NCBI GenBank assembly: GCA_951406725.2
Contig: OX597821.1
Location: 56,172,001 to 56,236,000, forward strand
Reading direction: 5' to 3'
Source: Octopus vulgaris
Lineage: Eukaryota
DNA: 64,000 nucleotides
The notes below the pieces were generated by a model that saw nothing but the letters and a program-made list of their open reading frames with translations, had not been told where the DNA came from and did not search any database. The translations under genes and the position numbers were made by a program. Shown here one piece after another: positions 58,452 through 64,000 of the stretch (positions are counted from its first letter, which is position 1; every line of letters starts with the position of its first letter).

Positions 58452-58850
58452 TCTATTATATAAAATCCGTTCTGTCTGTCTATGTGTGTGTCTTCTAGGA
58501 TCTCGGGCATCCTCCATCCGATTGCGCTCAAATTTGATATGTAGATACCGACGGTATCAGGGCGTGTATAAGTCTTGAAAAAATTACGAAAAATTGATTC
58601 CAGGTGAGAATGTGATAGAAAAAAGCCGTGTGAACGTGCATTTGTACGCATGTCATCTTTCAAAGGAGGCAATCTAACCGTCTCATTGGAGCAACAAATG
58701 TTGGCAGGTTCAGCTGGCCACCTCATGGCGTTACAATGGACGCAAACAAATGACATGCTACCAATGATCATGTGAGGTTGAGACGCATAAACTTCATGTG
58801 AATTGTAATAGAAAGCTGTGTTATACCAAATAAAAACTTTATTTCTTCTT
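58452..58850. mobile_element. Helitron remnant
   Basis: A|TCTATTATATAAAA 5'-end-like motif plus (GTCT)n on plus; IGSMSFVCVHCNAMRWPAE..CCSN..VRLPPL Rep N-terminal zinc finger on minus. Confidence 0.78.
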
Positions 58851-59239
58851 TTGCTGGTGTCTCAAATTAGGTTAAATCAGTGTTTCTCAAAGGTTGGGGG
58901 CTATGGGACGGTCGGACAATCTGGTATAAATGTTTGGCAACTCAGCACCATCCATTGGACGGGGTGGGGTGCGTTGTGCTCGTATTTATTTAAATACATC
59001 ATTGGTTATTCTAATGAGATATATTCGTTTTGGAACAAATAAATCTGCAATATAGGCGTAGTTTCAACATTCGGGGTGGATATGCATAGCTGATCATATT
59101 TAGCTTAAATTGTACATTTTTTTATCTATCACCCAACCCATAAAACCAACAAACTAGCGGTGTTAATTTCCTTGCTCTCCACGTTGATGATTCGGTCCTT
59201 AAATGATCCCCTTTAATCTCTATCTCTTTTTCTCTCTCA

Positions 59240-59323
<84 letters not shown>

Positions 59324-60382
59324 AGGCGTGTATCCGTGTATGAGCGCGCGGGGGTGTTCATGTGCGCTTGCATGCGTCTGTTTCTCTGTATGTGCTATGC
59401 GTTTATGTTCCGTAACTATTCCCTGTAAAAATATTAACTGTCAAGGAAATAGTTATCAACGGAAATACATTATGGAACCTTTTCTTCCCTCCCATAGCTA
59501 TTGCTGCTGCTAAAATCATTCCCCAATTACACTTCCATGAATCAGCGAATAGGGTCTTATTGTAAAATCCTACTTTTCCAACCTAGGAATACGATACGTA
59601 GTAACTAATATAGATCCTGGAGCCTAAAGAAAATAACAAAAAAATCAACGACGGAAGATTTTACATGGTCACTCAGCTGTTCCTGAATTACAGTTCAAAG
59701 AAAAAGAATAATGTTTTGTGTCGCGTAGTCATTGGTATATAATGTTTGAGAAAAACAACAATGTATTGACGGTCGGTATGCCCTTCCTGACAGTCGGAGG
59801 TTAACTTGATGGAAATCGGTGTGGGACTAAGCAAGAGTAGCAATAATGATCTTGGAGGCTATAGCAGTGCTACAGTTTTAAGTTAGTTACTAGTAAACGA
59901 AATACAGCCATTTAATTTTATTTTCTTACTCAAGCCCTCTCCTGCTCAACATTAGTTTTATTGTTTCATAGTCAATAAAATAATACTAAATTGCCCGATG
60001 ACGATTTAATTGTCTATGGCTTCTCTCCACCAGTAGTCAAATTTAGGAAGCGCAACATTTTAGAAAGATAAACTTTTGCTGAGATTTTGAGAAGTCATGA
60101 GTTCAACAAAAGGTCTTGATTTTGTAACATACTGTTTCTTGTCAAAGTAAATACATATAATAAGATACCAACTATTTAAACCAAGGGAAGCATGAAGTCC
60201 TATTTAATGTTTAAAGAAGGCAACTCTTTCCAGCAATTCCATAATGTGAGTTAAATAGTGTAATACTAAACATTTGAAATAAAATATATAGCATTCTATA
60301 TTTTAACATGAACTTGAAATACTTTCTAAAAATCAAGTAAAATAAAATTCATTAATGTATATATGGTGAAACTTGAACTTAC

Positions 60383-60485
60383 AATTGAACAAATGATATG
60401 AGGTACATTAAAAATCCATTCTAGTTGTCCAGCACGGGGTATCCAGCAGTTAACCCTGGGGTCATCATCTATTTCGGTATGGAGG
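60383..60485 (-). CDS. Class B1 GPCR exon, ECL2 to TM5 start (LHTEIDDDPRVNCWIPRAGQLEWIFNVPHIICSI)
   Basis: tttcag|...|gtaagt, 103 nt, phase 2 in and phase 0 out; CW...WI...P motif of secretin-family ECL2/TM5; joins in frame to the next exon. Confidence 0.9.
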
Positions 60486-61363
60486 CTGAAAAAAATTATA
60501 AAATCTTGGAAATGTTATCCAGACATGAAGCAGTAATTTAACAAACAATATCATTTTTGTTTATAATCTGTGAAATGCTGCATGAATAGATTTTTGCTTT
60601 TCGTTCATCATAGCTGTTTAAATAAGTATCAGTAATATTCTGATAATTTTAGTCTCTGACAAATATCAGTTTTGTGTCTTGAAATTATAAATGGTAAACT
60701 ATTTAATTGCTATGTCTCTTATATTAAATAGACTGTTAACAAGTCCAAAAGTATTGCAGCAAATAGTTGATCTGATCACAACAGGCTGAAAACTGTAAAG
60801 GTTTTTCCCATTTCTGATGCAGATACAGTTGTTTTGAACTTACGTAGATCGGATTACAATAGGAGATAACTAAGTACTGGGGGTTATTCAAGGACCATAC
60901 TTCTGTTCAATTTGTAACTTGTTTCAAACGTAAGAACTAAACGATAACAGAACAAATAAACAGGGAAAATGTGTAATTAATCTTTGCATTTCCATTATCA
61001 TTGTCCGACATTTTATATTACTATTTCTAAGCCTTTATATACATAAGTCACTAGAAGGAACATTTTCTTCTCTTTGGTGATTTGTATGAAAGATTAACAA
61101 TCACGTAAAACAAACATTGTTTCCAGATAGGATTATTTGTCTATGAAGGCCAACAACAATAACGACGCATAAGTATTTTAATTTTCAAGTATGTTGATGC
61201 ATTGATATGCAACTTAGATACGAAGATACAACAGTTTGCTAATACAACTCGGTAGATCGTGTGAAGTCAAAATTATTGAATTGTGGTACAAAACTGTAGA
61301 TGTGTAATTTTTTTTTCAGGGTGCGACTATCACTATATATCAAGTTGAATATTTACAACAACG

Positions 61364-61456
<93 letters not shown>

Positions 61457-61780
61457 CCTTCGTAACACGCTCTAGGTAAAAATGCACCGGAGTTTTTAGT
61501 CATCTGTCAAGTCACAAGGACCTCAGATACTACTTTCTTTAAGATGTGTGTTGTGCCCAATAAGCCAGATTTTTGCAAGACATCAATCTTGCATGGGATT
61601 TCCAGTTGCCTTAAGAAGTTTTGAAGTTTCAATGGGATTTAACCCAACACTCCGTTCACCACCGGTATTACATATAGATTACCATTTCGCTTGCCATACA
61701 GCCTTGCCATTTTCTCTTTCAATTCGGAGTACTTCGTCGTTTTTTTTCAACCTCTTTACTCACAACATTCATGATATTTG
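61457..61780 (-). mobile_element. R4/Dong-type (RLE) non-LTR retrotransposon 3' end
   Basis: SKEVEK..YSELKEKMARLY..VIPVVNGVLG..LQKSGLLGTTHILKKV; 3' end runs into (TAC)n(TAA)n at 61365-61456. Confidence 0.82.
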
Positions 61781-61789
61781 GTTAAATTT

Positions 61790-62065
61790 CTCGGGGTCTG
61801 GTTGGGTCCGGTGGAGAATAACTGGGACCACATGACAAGCAGTGTAGCCTGTCTCACCCAGAAATGAACCAAGAGCAGCTACCTCTGAAATGTCGGGCAT
61901 ATGTGTTGAATGCTTACATCGCCTCCATCTTATATTACCGTTTGACCATCGTATGTCTGATTAAAATGGAACACGCACCTTTCCGCTTTCTGCGGAAAGG
62001 TCGCGCTCCACTATTTTGGCGCTTCATTTGCTCTCAACACCCGCTGAATGGAGGGTTGGGTATTT
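61790..62065 (+). mobile_element. Tx1/L1-clade ORF2 fragment
   Basis: LPLKCRAYVLNAYIASILYYRLT..FRFLRKGR..QHPLNGGLG post-RT motif. Confidence 0.78.
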
Positions 62066-64000
62066 CATGCTTTAGCAGCATTTCACCCGTCTCTACGTTC
62101 TGAGTTCAAATTCCGCCGTGGATCACTTTTGTGGGTCAATAAAATAAGTGTCAGTTGAAGACCGAGAGTCAGTGTATTCGATTAGCCCTTCCCTCAAAAT
62201 TTCAAGCCTTATGTTTATAATAAAAAGGATTATTATTATCATTATGTTCCGTAATATCAACATTAGAACATTGGTTCGATTCCTATTTAACTTGTTTATT
62301 TCCTTTATATTACTAAATATTATTGACAAAAGTATGAAAGCGACACGACGTTATTCCACGTCTCAGTATCTCTAATACTTTAAGTTTATTCTTTCAAATT
62401 CCTGAGGTATTTACTCTCCACCTGAGTCAATTTCTAATCAATACAGAGATCCAGTTAATTATATGAATTGGGAAAATATTTTAACCCCTATAAATATACG
62501 CAAATACTCCCCTGTTTGTTGATGTGAAGTGGATGAGAAATAAATATACCTGCTGTACAGGACAACAGTCTATTACAGATAACTTTTTTCAGATAATCCG
62601 CTACTTCTCCTGATTTATGTAATATTATATGAGACTAGTAACCGTATTGAGCTCGCTGCCTATGAGTAAGTAAACCAATATTTGACCCATTCTAACATTT
62701 CCCCTGTACAACTATCTAAAGTATTGCGCTTATTTAACAGCTATTTTCAGAACTTTAATTTCTTATCTTGATTCTATTTTATATTTTTACCGAAATTAAC
62801 CTGTTTATAGAGAAAAATTAATCAATAAAATACTTGCTTTCACAATCAGTTATAAACAGATGATGTTGCCTTGAGACCTGAGGCATTATTTTCTGACTCC
62901 CTCTAATACATCTCTGTATTTTAAAAGATCTAAACGTGTTTTGCACGATTTTATGAACAAAAAAAGCTTATGACCGTGAAGTATTGTGGATGTACTGGAG
63001 ATTTCTTTTAAAGTTATTTAGGTTGTTATATCTTCTTTTGCCAAGCTATATGAGTAGATGGATTTAAATCTATAAGATGAAACTAACGAAACGCTGGGAC
63101 ACTGGTCAATTTACAAGTACATCCGCTGCTAATATGTCAGATTCATGATAATTAGTGTAAACAATATGAACTAGTAAATGCTTTGACCAGGGGCAATCCA
63201 AACATCTTGCAGAGGATCTGATCTCACAAACTATGAGTTAATAGAATAATATAATGTCCAATTACCCTTTTAGTGTTTGCTGTGATTGTTCTAAATTAAA
63301 TTGGAAAATGATGACAGTTAGTTTCCAACCTTATTTTCTTCGTTTATTCCAAATAATAGTTGTGTATCGCTTTAATCAAGAGATGTATTATCTCAGTTTC
63401 ATATAAAATTGATTTCTCTCACAAAATGTATTAATCTGATATCACAAACAATATTTCTTTTCTTGTGCCATAAATCGATCGATTCTGTTCAACCTACGCA
63501 AATTACATTTTCATTTACAGATATATGTATTGAATCATTGAGAGTTACGATGTTCATGGTTTGTAGATAAGGTTCAACATACGGGAATGAAATGAAATAG
63601 TTTCGCACATTGAAATTAATAATTGAACATTTCAATTTTGATATATTTCCTTATTTAATTTCATTTAATATATTGGCTTCAAATTTTGGCTCAAGGCCAG
63701 CTATTTGATTGCCTCGACCTTGGTACTCAACTGATACTTATTCTATCGACACCCAAAAGGATGAAAGGCAAAGTCAACTTCGGCGGAATTTGAACTCACA
63801 ACCTAAAGATTAAGCATTTCGCTCGGTGTGCTAAAGATTCTGCTAGCTCACCCCCTTAACTTCAATTAATGTATAGAAAACATTCTAAAATAAGTCTTAT
63901 ATTAATGGAGAAATAATGTATTCTGAAGGTGAAAAATTGTTCCTGATAACTCTTTATTCATTTGGTTATTTATTTATTTGTCTATAATTGGTAAACTGTC

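Overview
AT-rich, microsatellite-dense animal genomic DNA. The SINE families suggest a cephalopod, probably Octopus (inference). Almost all ORF-track entries are microsatellite or transposon artefacts. The one host gene I can support is missed by the ORF track: four minus-strand exons (60485-60383, 44948-44869, 28351-28216, 17598-17557) with canonical AG/GT sites and matching phases. They splice into ECL2-TM5-TM6-TM7 of a class B1 (secretin-family, calcitonin/DH31-receptor-like) GPCR. Its 10-16 kb introns hold decayed mariner, RTE, Tx1, CR1, Helitron, Penelope-like elements (PLEs) and tRNA-derived SINEs, with further mariner and R4/Dong remnants flanking the exons. The most striking unannotated signal is a set of five or more distinct small PLE-derived or retrozyme-like families. 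Most form inverted-repeat pairs and carry minimal type I hammerhead ribozyme folds with palindromic stem III. They include a G3-C8 core-swap variant, a U4C variant in two families, and a circularly permuted ~396-nt monomer arranged head-to-head. All alignments and folds were read by eye, and element boundaries are approximate.
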